Source of the DNA: a virus
Direction: 5' to 3' (one strand)
IMG/VR virus record: IMGVR_UViG_3300031992_000005
Location: 64,001-128,000 of that record
DNA: 64,000 nucleotides
Of the stretch, positions 8,747-18,460 are shown one piece after another. The position numbers and the translations under genes are program-made. Position 1 is the first letter of the stretch. Every line of letters starts with the position of its first letter. The notes beneath the pieces are model-generated. The model had not been told where the DNA came from and did not search any database. It saw nothing but the letters and a program-made list of their open reading frames with translations.

Positions 8747-9085
8747 ATGGAAAAGAACTGTGAAATTAAAATTGAGAATGATGGTTTTGTGTATAACAAC
8801 GTACAATATAAATGTGCGCGTGCAATTAAAAGGGATAAAAAGATAATCCTTCAGCAAGCGGTATCGCACAAGAAAGAATTTGACGAGCTATATGATAGAA
8901 ATACACTGCGAGCAGATTCTGTACGTCTCACCTTCAATGAGAAGAACGAACCTATATTCGGGATGGTATTATATATCATCAACTATAAAGAAGGGCGACA
9001 TGGGCGATATGCTTGTGGAGAGTATTATCCAATCTCCTCGAAAACATTGGAACCTCACATTTATCAGGGAAGTATTTGTTGGTAA
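8747..9085 (+). CDS. hypothetical protein (112 aa)
   Basis: ATG ORF. The overlapping frames 8880..9095 and 8979..9275(-) are judged spurious. Confidence 0.5.
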   Translation: MEKNCEIKIENDGFVYNNVQYKCARAIKRDKKIILQQAVSHKKEFDELYDRNTLRADSVRLTFNEKNEPIFGMVLYIINYKEGRHGRYACGEYYPISSKTLEPHIYQGSICW

Positions 9086-9105
9086 TAATAAATAAAAAGA
9101 CAGTT

Positions 9106-9993
9106 ATGAAGAAGAAAACAGATTTTTCTCTTGGAACACTCAACAGTGAGCTCCAAGAACAAGAGATCCAGGTACCGGACGGATATGAAGCGAGTATTGA
9201 AGGTGGAAAAATCATCTTTCGCAAGTCGGAAAGTGAAGACGAGAAGATAAGGAAGATATTAGTTGGATTTTTCAAAGGTTATAAAGAGGAAGGCACTATA
9301 GGGGCTGAAACATTTAACGGAATACCAACTGATAATATTCTTGCTTGGCTTGAGAAGCAAAGTAAGTGCAATCCTTGTAGTGGAACATCATTTGAATATA
9401 ATGGTCATACCTGGGGAATGTGCGCAAGAGATAATGGAGTTGAAATTATCCTTGATGGTGAACTTAAGGCATTTCTTTCACCAAAGAGATCCTTTATTTA
9501 TCCTATTCACCTTCAGCCATCTATCGAATCTATACCTACACAAAAACCCACCAATGAAACAAAGATTAAATCAAGGTTTCATGAAGGCGATTGGATTGTT
9601 TTCAATGGATTTACTCTACTTATTGAAGAGGTTGTCCAAGGATATTATAGAACAGTCTCTATTAATGGTATTCATAATAGTTACGATTGGGATATAGATA
9701 ATTTAGCAAGATTATGGACCATCCAAGATGCTAAGGATGGTGACATACTTACGTGTTATAGTACCAAAAAAGGTGAACCAATCATGCAAACCGGTATATT
9801 TAAGCAATATATGGCAAATAACTGCTTTTTGGCATATATAGGCATTGATTGGGATGGTAATCTCAAAACAGACTTTTATATGGGCAATACTTTGATGGGT
9901 AGTACTATAGGCAATACTGATATATTTCCTTCCACTAAAGAACAACGCGACTATTTTCTCGCTGAGACAAGTAAGGCAGGGTTTAAAGTGTGA
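9106..9993 (+). CDS. modular repeat protein (1 ModR module)
   Basis: ATG at 9106 (MKKKTDFSLG..) is preferred over the track start at 9013. Contains DEKIRK..ILAWLEKQSK, then FHEGDWIV..LWTIQDAKDGDIL..FPSTKEQRDYF. Confidence 0.65.
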   Translation: MKKKTDFSLGTLNSELQEQEIQVPDGYEASIEGGKIIFRKSESEDEKIRKILVGFFKGYKEEGTIGAETFNGIPTDNILAWLEKQSKCNPCSGTSFEYNGHTWGMCARDNGVEIILDGELKAFLSPKRSFIYPIHLQPSIESIPTQKPTNETKIKSRFHEGDWIVFNGFTLLIEEVVQGYYRTVSINGIHNSYDWDIDNLARLWTIQDAKDGDILTCYSTKKGEPIMQTGIFKQYMANNCFLAYIGIDWDGNLKTDFYMGNTLMGSTIGNTDIFPSTKEQRDYFLAETSKAGFKV

Positions 9994-10030
9994 GATAAAA
10001 TTTTTGTTATAATTCTTAAATAAAAAAGTT

Positions 10031-12142
10031 ATGATCAACTCTGAAATTATACTAGAGAACATAGTAAAAATCGTAAAAGATGAGAAAAACAGTGATATTG
10101 GTTTTTCTAAAATCTATTCTTACTTATGTGAAAATTTCCCCGAACTCAAAGAGAACGAGGATAAGAAAATAAGAAAGGAATTGATTGATTTCTTGCAAGA
10201 AACCATTGACAATGTTGGTGAATATTCTCCCAATAATTGGGAAAACAAAGCTAAAAAATGGATTGCTTGGCTAGAAAAGCAGAGCAGACAGAAGGCTGTT
10301 GATTGTGAAAATACCCAACAGAAGGATATTGTTCAAGAACCAGAACCAGAGGATGAGAGAATAAGAAATTGGTGTATTTCACATTTTAAGGAATGTATTA
10401 GAGTCTCGAAAATTAACGTGGAATACCAAAAATATCTTAGTAACAAAGTAATCCCTTGGCTTGAGAAGCAAGGTGAACAAAAGAATCTTGCACAAAAACC
10501 AATAACAGGGGATGAGAGAATAAGAAAAGGTCTCATCCATGCGGTATCTGGAACATTGAAAGGTAACACTTTGTTCGGCACTGACGTAACAAGAGAAGAG
10601 GCGTTATCTTGGCTTGAAAAGCAAGGTAAAAATTCACAATGCAGATCAATCATAGAAGCGTGGAAAGATATGCGTTTAGAAGTGTATCAACAAGCGAGTG
10701 GTAATAGGCATGAGCCTAATTATTCTGATGACAGTACTAAGATGTTTTCGCTCAATGACATTGACGAAATAATTGAAAAGATAAACGAGCAAACAGAAAA
10801 GCAAGACTACGAATCTCAGGACATCACAGAATCAAAACCAGCAGTAGGAACTTTGGCTGATGAAATTAAGTTTCCCTTTAAAGCCAAGGTGAAAAAGAGC
10901 AATAAAATTATCGTAATTACAGGTGGACAATTAGACGATGCTCAACCAATAGAATCTCGCTCATACCTAGCATATACATCTGACATAACTGATGGATATA
11001 AGGTATATAAGCCAGAGGAATTAGAATTTATAAAACAACCTGGGTTCAAAGTAGGGGACTGGGTGGTAAATAAATTAGGTGATGCCTGGCATATAGATAG
11101 TTTCTATGGGGAAAACTATCAAGTTTCTAATGGAAAAGGAAACTTTAGTTACTTCCCAATATCCAAGCAAGATGAAATGCACCTCTGGACGATTCGAGAT
11201 GCAAAAGAAGGTGATGTGCTTGTAGATGCGTATGGAAACATAGGTATATATGAGAAATGTGATTATTCTGATTGGAGGTCTTATTGTTCTTTAGGGCATA
11301 ACGGAGGTTTTCAACATTTTAAAACAGAACACGAAAATGAAAAAACGTATCCAGCCACCAAAGAACAGCGTGATGCTCTTGAAAAGGCTATAACTAATGC
11401 AGGTTATTCATGGGATGGAGAGTTAAAGAAAAATACGAAGTTTAGTAAAGGGGATTGGATTTACCGAGGAACAGGAGATCCTTATTTTGTAGAATCAGTC
11501 TTTAACGAGCAATATGAATTGTGCTCGGGATTTGGGTATCATTTCAACAAGGGAACTGATGAAGTTGATAGCGATTACAGGCTCTGGAATATAAATGACG
11601 CCAAGCTTGGTGATATTCTTGCGGATGATGATAAAACAATCGCCCTTTATGAAGAACAATCCACAAAGACATTCTTTCACGTCCTTTGCTATTACTGTAA
11701 TAAGACATTTGTACCGAAAAAGGGTACACTTGCTGTCCTAGGTTTTCACCCAGCAACCAAAGAGCAAAGAGAATTTTTCAGTAATGAACTAAAAAAGTCA
11801 GGATATAACTTGGATTTAGAGAAAAAACAACTGGCTGATCAGCCTAAACTCACTAAGTTTGAGCAGTCCTTAAAGCACATTATTGAAGAAGCCTTAGATG
11901 ATGGAGATACACATAATCTTAAGGCTGATGCAGAACTACTTCTATCGGTAGCAAATCAGGATAGAGCTAAGATTGAGTTAACCATAGAAGAAGAAGATGC
12001 CCTCGACCAGGCTATTATATCACTTAATGATATGTTTGATGATAGTCAACCTGAAACTTGTTATGCAGGTCATCACGTACCCTTTGATGTAGCAGCTAAA
12101 TGTCTTAGTAGCTTAAAAGATAAGATTCTAAACAGTAAGTAA
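10031..12142 (+). CDS. modular repeat protein (703 aa; 3 WLEKQ units + 2 ModR modules)
   Basis: WIAWLEKQSRQK, VIPWLEKQGEQK and LSWLEKQGKNS, the last two each preceded by DERIR. Two modules follow: FKVGDWVV..LWTIRDAKEGDVL..YPATKEQRDAL and FSKGDWIY..LWNINDAKLGDIL..HPATKEQREFF. Confidence 0.7.
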   Translation: MINSEIILENIVKIVKDEKNSDIGFSKIYSYLCENFPELKENEDKKIRKELIDFLQETIDNVGEYSPNNWENKAKKWIAWLEKQSRQKAVDCENTQQKDIVQEPEPEDERIRNWCISHFKECIRVSKINVEYQKYLSNKVIPWLEKQGEQKNLAQKPITGDERIRKGLIHAVSGTLKGNTLFGTDVTREEALSWLEKQGKNSQCRSIIEAWKDMRLEVYQQASGNRHEPNYSDDSTKMFSLNDIDEIIEKINEQTEKQDYESQDITESKPAVGTLADEIKFPFKAKVKKSNKIIVITGGQLDDAQPIESRSYLAYTSDITDGYKVYKPEELEFIKQPGFKVGDWVVNKLGDAWHIDSFYGENYQVSNGKGNFSYFPISKQDEMHLWTIRDAKEGDVLVDAYGNIGIYEKCDYSDWRSYCSLGHNGGFQHFKTEHENEKTYPATKEQRDALEKAITNAGYSWDGELKKNTKFSKGDWIYRGTGDPYFVESVFNEQYELCSGFGYHFNKGTDEVDSDYRLWNINDAKLGDILADDDKTIALYEEQSTKTFFHVLCYYCNKTFVPKKGTLAVLGFHPATKEQREFFSNELKKSGYNLDLEKKQLADQPKLTKFEQSLKHIIEEALDDGDTHNLKADAELLLSVANQDRAKIELTIEEEDALDQAIISLNDMFDDSQPETCYAGHHVPFDVAAKCLSSLKDKILNSK

Positions 12143-12148
12143 ATTTAC

Positions 12149-12178
12149 TCCTCCCTTAACGGGGAGGGATTCTTTTTT
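12149..12178 (+). terminator. intrinsic terminator
   Basis: tcctccc-ttaacg-gggaggg hairpin followed by TTCTTTTTT. Confidence 0.6.
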
Positions 12179-12250
12179 ATTACTCCAGGGCTTTCATTTC
12201 TTTATCTATGTAATGAAATTTATAGATACAAATTCTAAAAATATTATAAT

Positions 12251-12631
12251 ATGGATAAGATCGTTCAAGAAAGGTATTGCTCGCCTAAAGTAGCAAGATT
12301 ATTAGCAAGTAAAGGATTTGATGAACCTATTTGGACTCGTTATGAAGATAACAATGAGGTTATATTTGGTGATAAATATAATTGGAATAGTAGTCCAGTG
12401 GGACAAACATCTGCGCCAACTCAACAAATGGCTATAGACTGGTTAATAGTAAATCACGATATATACATAGAAGTATTTCCTTATTCCAAGGATGAGTATG
12501 CTTTTAGTATTAGTAAACTATTACCTAAAGACGTCGAAGGCTATCCATTACCTAATGAGGAAGAAAGTTATAAAGATATAAGAGTAGCTACAGATACTGC
12601 TCTTGAATATGTACTTGAAAACTTAATCTAA
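12251..12631 (+). CDS. hypothetical protein (possible distant FamC member)
   Basis: The N-terminal S.KVARLLASKGFDEP loosely resembles the S..L..LG.D block of 13663 and 22153. Confidence 0.5.
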   Translation: MDKIVQERYCSPKVARLLASKGFDEPIWTRYEDNNEVIFGDKYNWNSSPVGQTSAPTQQMAIDWLIVNHDIYIEVFPYSKDEYAFSISKLLPKDVEGYPLPNEEESYKDIRVATDTALEYVLENLI

Positions 12632-12846
12632 TGGATATGAATCAGATAACTGAGATTCCAATTGAAGGATATGCTAATTTGTACAAATATAGTTACAGAG
12701 ATATAAACAGTAATGAACACGTTGAATACTGTTTAGGTAAGATTTGTACTGAAAAAAGCCAATTACCTCAACACTATGAGTATGATTGTGAAGCACATAA
12801 ACACCTGGGTGTAGTAAAAGTTACTATTTCAGATATAATCAAATGA
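12631..12846 (+). CDS. hypothetical protein (71 aa)
   Basis: ATG overlaps the upstream stop (TAATG). Confidence 0.5.
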   Translation: MDMNQITEIPIEGYANLYKYSYRDINSNEHVEYCLGKICTEKSQLPQHYEYDCEAHKHLGVVKVTISDIIK

Positions 12847-13082
12847 TCAGTAGAGAAGAAGCTAAGAGACAATGCCTTGAATGGGTAGATAAAGAAATTT
12901 CAGAAAAAGGCGAGGATTCTATATATTGCTTATCTCCTTGTATTGGAAAAAATAGCTGGACTCTAAAAGAATATAGAGATGCAGTTATTAACGATGTACC
13001 AATGGAAGGTTGCATAGACAATCCAATAGACGATTATCTTAACTATATAAAATGGAAGGATGAACATGGACGAGGAAAATAA
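12843..13082 (+). CDS. hypothetical protein (79 aa)
   Basis: ATGA overlap with the upstream gene. Confidence 0.5.
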   Translation: MISREEAKRQCLEWVDKEISEKGEDSIYCLSPCIGKNSWTLKEYRDAVINDVPMEGCIDNPIDDYLNYIKWKDEHGRGK

Positions 13083-13476
13083 GTTATTGAGATTTCTCAG
13101 TATGGCTTTACCTTATGGAGTTTTTTGTATAAACTCCGAAGATGAGAATAGTAAAGCCTATAAGCTAAAATCAATTAATAAGCATAAAGGATTATGGTAT
13201 TATGGGTTTGATGGATTTAGCTGTCTTAAACCATTACCGTATCTCCGCCCATTATCTTCTATGACCGAAGAAGAGCATAGTAACTTATTCAATGCTTATC
13301 ATTACTTAGAGGTGAAAGTAGCAAAGTCAACAGGAGATTACTTAAAAGCGGCTTATATAGGTGATGATGCTAAGTATAAGTGGCTTCTTGAAAATAAGTT
13401 TGACTTTCTAGACTTAATTTCAGATGGATTAGCTATTGAAATTACTGAGGAAAACAATCCGTATAAGAAGTTATGA
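13060..13476 (+). CDS. FamA paralog (138 aa)
   Basis: LLRFLSMALPYGV / LPYLRPLSSMTEEE / FDFLDLISDGLAIEITEENNPYKKL. Confidence 0.7.
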   Translation: MNMDEENKLLRFLSMALPYGVFCINSEDENSKAYKLKSINKHKGLWYYGFDGFSCLKPLPYLRPLSSMTEEEHSNLFNAYHYLEVKVAKSTGDYLKAAYIGDDAKYKWLLENKFDFLDLISDGLAIEITEENNPYKKL

Positions 13477-13685
13477 AAACATTTCACTTATTTGGAAAAT
13501 GGCAAGTAACCTTTCTTCATAATATTTACATTAATGAAGATACAAAGAGACTGTCAGAGCTAATAGTTACCCTTATTCCAACTATTCAAATCCTAATAGG
13601 CGGAAAAGGGATAGATGATGAGATATTGATTTCTTGGTTAATATTTACAATACAAGTAGATAATGGCTATTCAAACAGTAAATAA
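13473..13685 (+). CDS. hypothetical protein (70 aa)
   Basis: ATGA-coupled ORF. Confidence 0.4.
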   Translation: MKTFHLFGKWQVTFLHNIYINEDTKRLSELIVTLIPTIQILIGGKGIDDEILISWLIFTIQVDNGYSNSK

Positions 13686-14064
13686 ATTATGCACCTCAAT
13701 TGGACAATCTAACAACCTGAGATCATTAGGACTTGATATCCATACCGCCGACACTTATTGGTGGTTTTCAGGCGATAAGTTCTATATGGGGACGATGGAT
13801 GATGGTGATTTCGACGAAAAAGCTGATCAACCTTCTTGGAGCTTAGCTGCACTGGAAAAGTTAATTCCGCCAACTATAACTGATGATGAAGGTGAAACTT
13901 ATAAAATTTCTATAACAAAAAATGAACAAAGTAAAAAGTGGACTGCTTGCTATGTAAACAAAGAGCACGATCAGGTCTGCTGTATCTTCTGTGAAGAATC
14001 TCCGGACCTAATAGATGTTTTTTATAACACGGTATGTATGTTACTACTTGCGAAAAAAATATGA
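13663..14064 (+). CDS. FamC protein (133 aa)
   Basis: GQSNNLRSLGLDIHTAD and PSWSLAALEKLIP parallel AEQSKRLVELGIDVNTAD and PAWSLSALLDLLP in 22153..22575. Confidence 0.55.
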   Translation: MAIQTVNKLCTSIGQSNNLRSLGLDIHTADTYWWFSGDKFYMGTMDDGDFDEKADQPSWSLAALEKLIPPTITDDEGETYKISITKNEQSKKWTACYVNKEHDQVCCIFCEESPDLIDVFYNTVCMLLLAKKI

Positions 14065-14432
14065 ATACTGCAGAAGAATTTATAAAAAAGTATCCTGTAG
14101 GTACATTAATTTCATACATAGAAGGAGTACAGTATGTACGATCTGGTGCAAGAACTATCTTCAAAATAGGTAGATATGAACGGCGCACGAATGATCCTTG
14201 GGGATATTATATGTATGGGACCTACTGCGGATTTAACTTTCAAACAACAAGTTATAAGAAAGAATATTCTACATCAGACTTACCAAAGTGGCGATGTATC
14301 ATTTGCGAGACTGACCCCTTCGGTACTTCTTTAGGAATACTATCACATAAATTTAACGACGTTAGACTTGCAAACGACCTTGAAACTAGTATATTCAATG
14401 ACTGCATAACTAACGGAAGAGTAATCTCATGA
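14061..14432 (+). CDS. hypothetical protein
   Basis: ATG at 14061 forms an ATGA overlap with the upstream stop. The track start at 14034 is less likely. Confidence 0.5.
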   Translation: MNTAEEFIKKYPVGTLISYIEGVQYVRSGARTIFKIGRYERRTNDPWGYYMYGTYCGFNFQTTSYKKEYSTSDLPKWRCIICETDPFGTSLGILSHKFNDVRLANDLETSIFNDCITNGRVIS

Positions 14433-14863
14433 CTAAACTAGAAAAGCAGTTAATACTTCAGGATCTCTGTTCGAGATTATTATGCGGTGTAGTTTGTAGA
14501 ATCACTTTTACTTACAGTAATGAAACTACATTTGGCGAAGAAGTTGAGAATGAGGTTGATGATACAATTAGTATGATCAACATTAAACGAGAAACAGTTT
14601 TCGCGGACTACTTAGGCCGTGAATTTGATATTGAAAATGTTAAGCCTTATCTTCGTTCAATGGATGATATGACAGAGGAAGAATATAAAGAATATTGGAA
14701 TATTGATAATCGGTCATATTCTTGTCCAATGGTCTGTGCACATATCCCCGCTTCAGAAAGAATAGATTGGCTTAATAAACGTCACTTTGATTACCGTGGA
14801 CTTATTGGAAAATGCCTGGCCATTAAAGTTGATGAAATTAATAATCCTTATGATAAACTATAG
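14429..14863 (+). CDS. FamA paralog (144 aa)
   Basis: LILQDLCSRLLCGV / KPYLRSMDDMTEEE / DWLNKRHFDYRGLIGKCLAIKVDEINNPY. Confidence 0.7.
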   Translation: MTKLEKQLILQDLCSRLLCGVVCRITFTYSNETTFGEEVENEVDDTISMINIKRETVFADYLGREFDIENVKPYLRSMDDMTEEEYKEYWNIDNRSYSCPMVCAHIPASERIDWLNKRHFDYRGLIGKCLAIKVDEINNPYDKL

Positions 14864-14879
14864 ACATTCCAAACCTAAG

Positions 14880-15392
14880 ATGACTGAACAGTGTAAGCAG
14901 CTATTACTTCAAGATCTCTGCTCTAGACTACCATATGGTGTAAAAGTGTATAACACAAGCTTCGCAGAGCCGTATCAGGTACAAACATTATTCGGTAGAA
15001 AGTCAGAGGACGAGTTTATTATGAAAGAAACTTATAAATCTTTTGACTTAAATAACCGTCCAACTCGTATAAAAAATTATACTGGATACTTAGATCGTTT
15101 AAAGCCATATCTTCGACCTATGTCAAGTATGACTAAGGAGGAGAAATTGGAATATATATCCATTATAGATGGAACGCGATGGACTACCACCGTAGGTTTA
15201 GAGGAGAAAATAATTCTATCCATTGACTTAGTAGAGTGTAAAGCCGAAGATGGGACACCTGATAATATATACGATATCATTCAAATGACTCCCATTGATT
15301 GGCTACTAGAGAGACATTTTGATATTAGGGGTCTTATCTATAAAGACCTTGCTATTAAAGTGACAGAAGAAAATAATCCTTATAAAATATGA
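14880..15392 (+). CDS. FamA paralog (170 aa)
   Basis: ATG at 14880 (MTEQCKQLLLQDLCSRLPYGV) is preferred over the track start at 14787. Also KPYLRPMSSMTKEE / DWLLERHFDIRGLIYKDLAIKVTEENNPYKI. Confidence 0.7.
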   Translation: MTEQCKQLLLQDLCSRLPYGVKVYNTSFAEPYQVQTLFGRKSEDEFIMKETYKSFDLNNRPTRIKNYTGYLDRLKPYLRPMSSMTKEEKLEYISIIDGTRWTTTVGLEEKIILSIDLVECKAEDGTPDNIYDIIQMTPIDWLLERHFDIRGLIYKDLAIKVTEENNPYKI

Positions 15393-15796
15393 CACAGGAA
15401 GAAAAATTGCTTTTATTAAAAAGTCTTTGTGAAATGTTGCCTTATAAGGTGAAAGTAGAAATCATTTCATATGGACAAGAGACTTTGAAACCTTGGTTTG
15501 GGGAGTTATCTTGTAAAGACTTAGATTGTTTTATAGTTGATGTAGCATACAAAAGTGTTAAGCCATACCTCCGTCCGATGTCAAGCATGACTGAGGAAGA
15601 AGAAAAAGAGTATAGGAAGACTCAAATTACAAAATGGATTAAAAGTGTTGATTGTGCAGGTGGAGGATACTATGACCATAGAGACACCTTAAAAACATTT
15701 GATTGGCTAAAAGCTAATCATTTTGATTATAGAGGTTTAATCAAGAGAGGTTTAGCCATTAAGGTAACTGATGAAAATAATCCTTATAAATCATGA
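15389..15796 (+). CDS. FamA paralog (135 aa)
   Basis: LLLKSLCEMLPYKV / KPYLRPMSSMTEEE / DWLKANHFDYRGLIKRGLAIKVTDENNPYKS. ATGA-coupled. Confidence 0.7.
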   Translation: MTQEEKLLLLKSLCEMLPYKVKVEIISYGQETLKPWFGELSCKDLDCFIVDVAYKSVKPYLRPMSSMTEEEEKEYRKTQITKWIKSVDCAGGGYYDHRDTLKTFDWLKANHFDYRGLIKRGLAIKVTDENNPYKS

Positions 15797-16134
15797 CTCA
15801 GGAGGAGAAAAAAATTTTGCTCAAAGATCTTTGTGGTAGATTACCTTATGGAACAATTTATGATATTACAATTGGTGGGGTAACCTATGTAAAAGTATCA
15901 TTAAATTCATTTTATTATGGTTTAATTGAAAAAAATTTTAATAATGGGCAATTACAATCAATAGTTCCATATCTTAAAAAAAATGATATGTCATTTGAAC
16001 ATAAAGGTTTTTATTTAGAAAATCTTGATTATGTAATTGATTATTATAACTCTAATCATATTGATTATAGAGGATTTATTGAGAAAGGACTAGCTATTGA
16101 AGTGACTAATGAAAATAATCCATATAAGTTATGA
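15793..16134 (+). CDS. FamA paralog (113 aa), central block degenerate
   Basis: ILLKDLCGRLPYGT / VPYLKKNDMSFE (decayed) / HIDYRGFIEKGLAIEVTNENNPYKL. Confidence 0.65.
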   Translation: MTQEEKKILLKDLCGRLPYGTIYDITIGGVTYVKVSLNSFYYGLIEKNFNNGQLQSIVPYLKKNDMSFEHKGFYLENLDYVIDYYNSNHIDYRGFIEKGLAIEVTNENNPYKL

Positions 16135-16532
16135 CACAAGAAAGTAAAGAACTGATTTTAAAGGATATATGCGGGAGACTCCCTTATGGAACAATTGTTC
16201 AAATATCTCTTTATAGAAATGATGAAAAAAGAAGTGATATTGAATTAGATCCTCATGTAACGGAGAATATTTGGGAAATAATTGATAAATATCATGCGCT
16301 TCCCTATCTACGTCCAATGTCAAGCATGACGGAGGAAGAAAAGATAATACAAAAAACATATATTTATCATTTTTCAGGAAATAATCTTCCTAATTATGAA
16401 GGTGATTTTGTATTTGAAGATGAAGTACATGAATACATTGATTGGCTAAACGCTAATCACTTCGACTATAGAGGCCTTATCGGAAAAGGACTTGCAATCG
16501 AAGTAACGGAAAGTAATAATCCTTATGAATAA
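16131..16532 (+). CDS. FamA paralog (133 aa)
   Basis: LILKDICGRLPYGT / LPYLRPMSSMTEEE / DWLNANHFDYRGLIGKGLAIEVTESNNPYE. Confidence 0.7.
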   Translation: MTQESKELILKDICGRLPYGTIVQISLYRNDEKRSDIELDPHVTENIWEIIDKYHALPYLRPMSSMTEEEKIIQKTYIYHFSGNNLPNYEGDFVFEDEVHEYIDWLNANHFDYRGLIGKGLAIEVTESNNPYE

Positions 16533-16953
16533 TATAATGCAGGAAGATAAAAAAATACTTCTCCAGGATCTTTGTGCAAGATTACCGTATGGAGTAAAAA
16601 TAACAGATGGTTTGAATGTAATCAAAGCAGACCCATTTATCAGTATTGGTGTATTTGTTTATGATGGTAAGTGGAAACCCTATCTCCGTCCAATGTCAAG
16701 TATGACGGAGGAAGAGTATGAAACACTGAAGTCTTTAAGTACTATCTATATTCCCACTGATAGTAGAAATATAGGATTTGAAGATTACGGTATACTAGTA
16801 TTTACGCACCATCTCACCAATAATACTTATAGTTTCAAATTAAACATAAAAGTAATTGATTGGCTTCTTGAAAATCATTTTGATTACAGAGGTCTTATTG
16901 AGAAAGGCCTTGCTATAAAAGTGACAGAAGAAAATAATCCATATAAGTTATGA
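16525..16953 (+). CDS. FamA paralog (142 aa)
   Basis: ILLQDLCARLPYGV / KPYLRPMSSMTEEE / DWLLENHFDYRGLIEKGLAIKVTEENNPYKL. Confidence 0.7.
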   Translation: MNNIMQEDKKILLQDLCARLPYGVKITDGLNVIKADPFISIGVFVYDGKWKPYLRPMSSMTEEEYETLKSLSTIYIPTDSRNIGFEDYGILVFTHHLTNNTYSFKLNIKVIDWLLENHFDYRGLIEKGLAIKVTEENNPYKL

Positions 16954-17417
16954 CAGAACAGGATAAAAAATTACTCTTAATAGATCTCAGTGCAAGGTTT
17001 CCATATGGAGTCATTGTTAGGCATGCAGATCATTTAGTTGACTCCGATGGTAATTATACTGGACAATTTTGGTATAAACGAGGTTATCTATATGATATTT
17101 GTAGGATAGATAATATAACAACTACAATTATCGAAAGTGAAGGTAGCGATGAAGAAGGTAATGAGCATATTTGTGACCTAGAAAGATCTCTGCCTTATCT
17201 CCGCCCAATGTCAAGTATGACGGAGGAAGAGATAAAAGAATTTTATAAAATTGAAAATATAATACCAAAGATGGGATATATTTGCCCGTCAAAAGATTGG
17301 CATTTTACTACCAATGGTTTTGATTGGCTTAATGCTAATCACTTCGACTACAGGGGTCTTATTGAGAAAGGACTTGCTATTGAGGTAACTGATAAAGATA
17401 ATCCATACATATTATGA
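16950..17417 (+). CDS. FamA paralog (155 aa)
   Basis: LLLIDLSARFPYGV / LPYLRPMSSMTEEE / DWLNANHFDYRGLIEKGLAIEVTDKDNPYIL. Confidence 0.7.
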   Translation: MTEQDKKLLLIDLSARFPYGVIVRHADHLVDSDGNYTGQFWYKRGYLYDICRIDNITTTIIESEGSDEEGNEHICDLERSLPYLRPMSSMTEEEIKEFYKIENIIPKMGYICPSKDWHFTTNGFDWLNANHFDYRGLIEKGLAIEVTDKDNPYIL

Positions 17418-17557
17418 CAAAATATTTAATTATTTTAAATCCAGTAGATGGAATATATCAAGTTGATATTGATTTATATGATTCAGAAGAAGCTGCTCGA
17501 CTTAATTCCTTAATTGATGAAGAAGATATTTATAAAATAATTCCAATAGAATTTTAA
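17414..17557 (+). CDS. small acidic hypothetical protein (47 aa)
   Basis: Hand-translated as MTKYLIILNPVDGIYQVDIDLYDSEEAARLNSLIDEEDIYKIIPIEF*. ATGA-coupled to the upstream FamA copy. Confidence 0.35.
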   Translation: MTKYLIILNPVDGIYQVDIDLYDSEEAARLNSLIDEEDIYKIIPIEF

Positions 17558-17560
17558 AAC

Positions 17561-18040
17561 ATGACAAAAGTCAGGATAGAACAAGATAAAAATTTACTAT
17601 ATCAAGACATTTGTGCAAGATTGCCTTACGGTGTGATAGGGCAAATTAGCATAGAAGTACTTGACGGAACCTATGATATAAATAGCGGACACCTTGAATA
17701 TAAAGATGTTGATGTAGATGTTGAATTACTTGGTATACAAGAGGAAGAGATAATCTTTTCGACGATTAATGAAACATATGACGTAAATACATGTACATAT
17801 TTAGACTTTACTCCATATCTCCGTTCGATGTCTAGTATGACTGAGAAAGAGAAGGAAGAGTATTGTAATCTACAATGTATGTTTCTTTATAGCAGCCAGT
17901 ATCCAGTAACAGAAGCTCATAAACTGTTTGATTGGCTTCTTGAGAATCATTTTGATTATCGTGGCCTTATTGAAAAAGGTCTTGCCATTGAAGTTAATGA
18001 AAGTAATAATCCGTATAAAGAGTATGATACAAGAAAGTAA
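17561..18040 (+). CDS. FamA paralog (159 aa)
   Basis: LLYQDICARLPYGV / TPYLRSMSSMTEKE / DWLLENHFDYRGLIEKGLAIEVNESNNPYK, plus a short extension. Confidence 0.7.
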   Translation: MTKVRIEQDKNLLYQDICARLPYGVIGQISIEVLDGTYDINSGHLEYKDVDVDVELLGIQEEEIIFSTINETYDVNTCTYLDFTPYLRSMSSMTEKEKEEYCNLQCMFLYSSQYPVTEAHKLFDWLLENHFDYRGLIEKGLAIEVNESNNPYKEYDTRK

Positions 18041-18413
18041 AAAATTACTAATTCAAAACCTTTGTGCAATGTTACCTTATGGAGTAATGTGCCAAGTAGA
18101 CGTTGGATGCGCGGGTTTAGATGATGGAAAATTAGAAGAGATTGATATTCCAGAGGAGCGTGTGAGATTTGCTGATGATGGTTATTGGGATGCAGATATA
18201 GAAGATGTTAAACCTTATCTTCGTCCAATGTCTAGTATGACAGAGGAAGAGAAGAAAGAGTACCATAAGTTATGCGATAATTACTATGACGTATACTTTG
18301 ATAGTGTTGCTAGCCTGGACTGGCTCAATGCTCATCATTTTGACTACAGGGGCCTTATTGAAAAAGGTCTCGCTATTGAAGTTAATGAAAGTAACAATCC
18401 TTATAAATTATGA
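18024..18413 (+). CDS. FamA paralog (129 aa)
   Basis: ATG at 18024 (MIQESKKLLIQNLCAMLPYGV) is preferred over the track start at 17928. Also KPYLRPMSSMTEEE / DWLNAHHFDYRGLIEKGLAIEVNESNNPYKL. Confidence 0.7.
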   Translation: MIQESKKLLIQNLCAMLPYGVMCQVDVGCAGLDDGKLEEIDIPEERVRFADDGYWDADIEDVKPYLRPMSSMTEEEKKEYHKLCDNYYDVYFDSVASLDWLNAHHFDYRGLIEKGLAIEVNESNNPYKL

Positions 18414-18440
18414 AAGACAAAGAAAAAAAATGTTATTGTT

Positions 18441-18460
18441 ATCCCTTCATCTTATATGAG
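18441..18460 (+). promoter_or_regulatory. copy of phage promoter-like motif
   Basis: atcccttcatcttatatgag lies 46 nt upstream of the ATG at 18506. Confidence 0.35.

Noticed and set aside
14787-14879. Long N-terminal extensions of FamA copies in the ORF track (starts at 14787 and 17928)
   Set aside because: The extensions overlap the conserved C-terminal block of the preceding copy in another frame. Internal ATGs at 14880 and 18024 give the canonical MT(E/Q).. family N-terminus.
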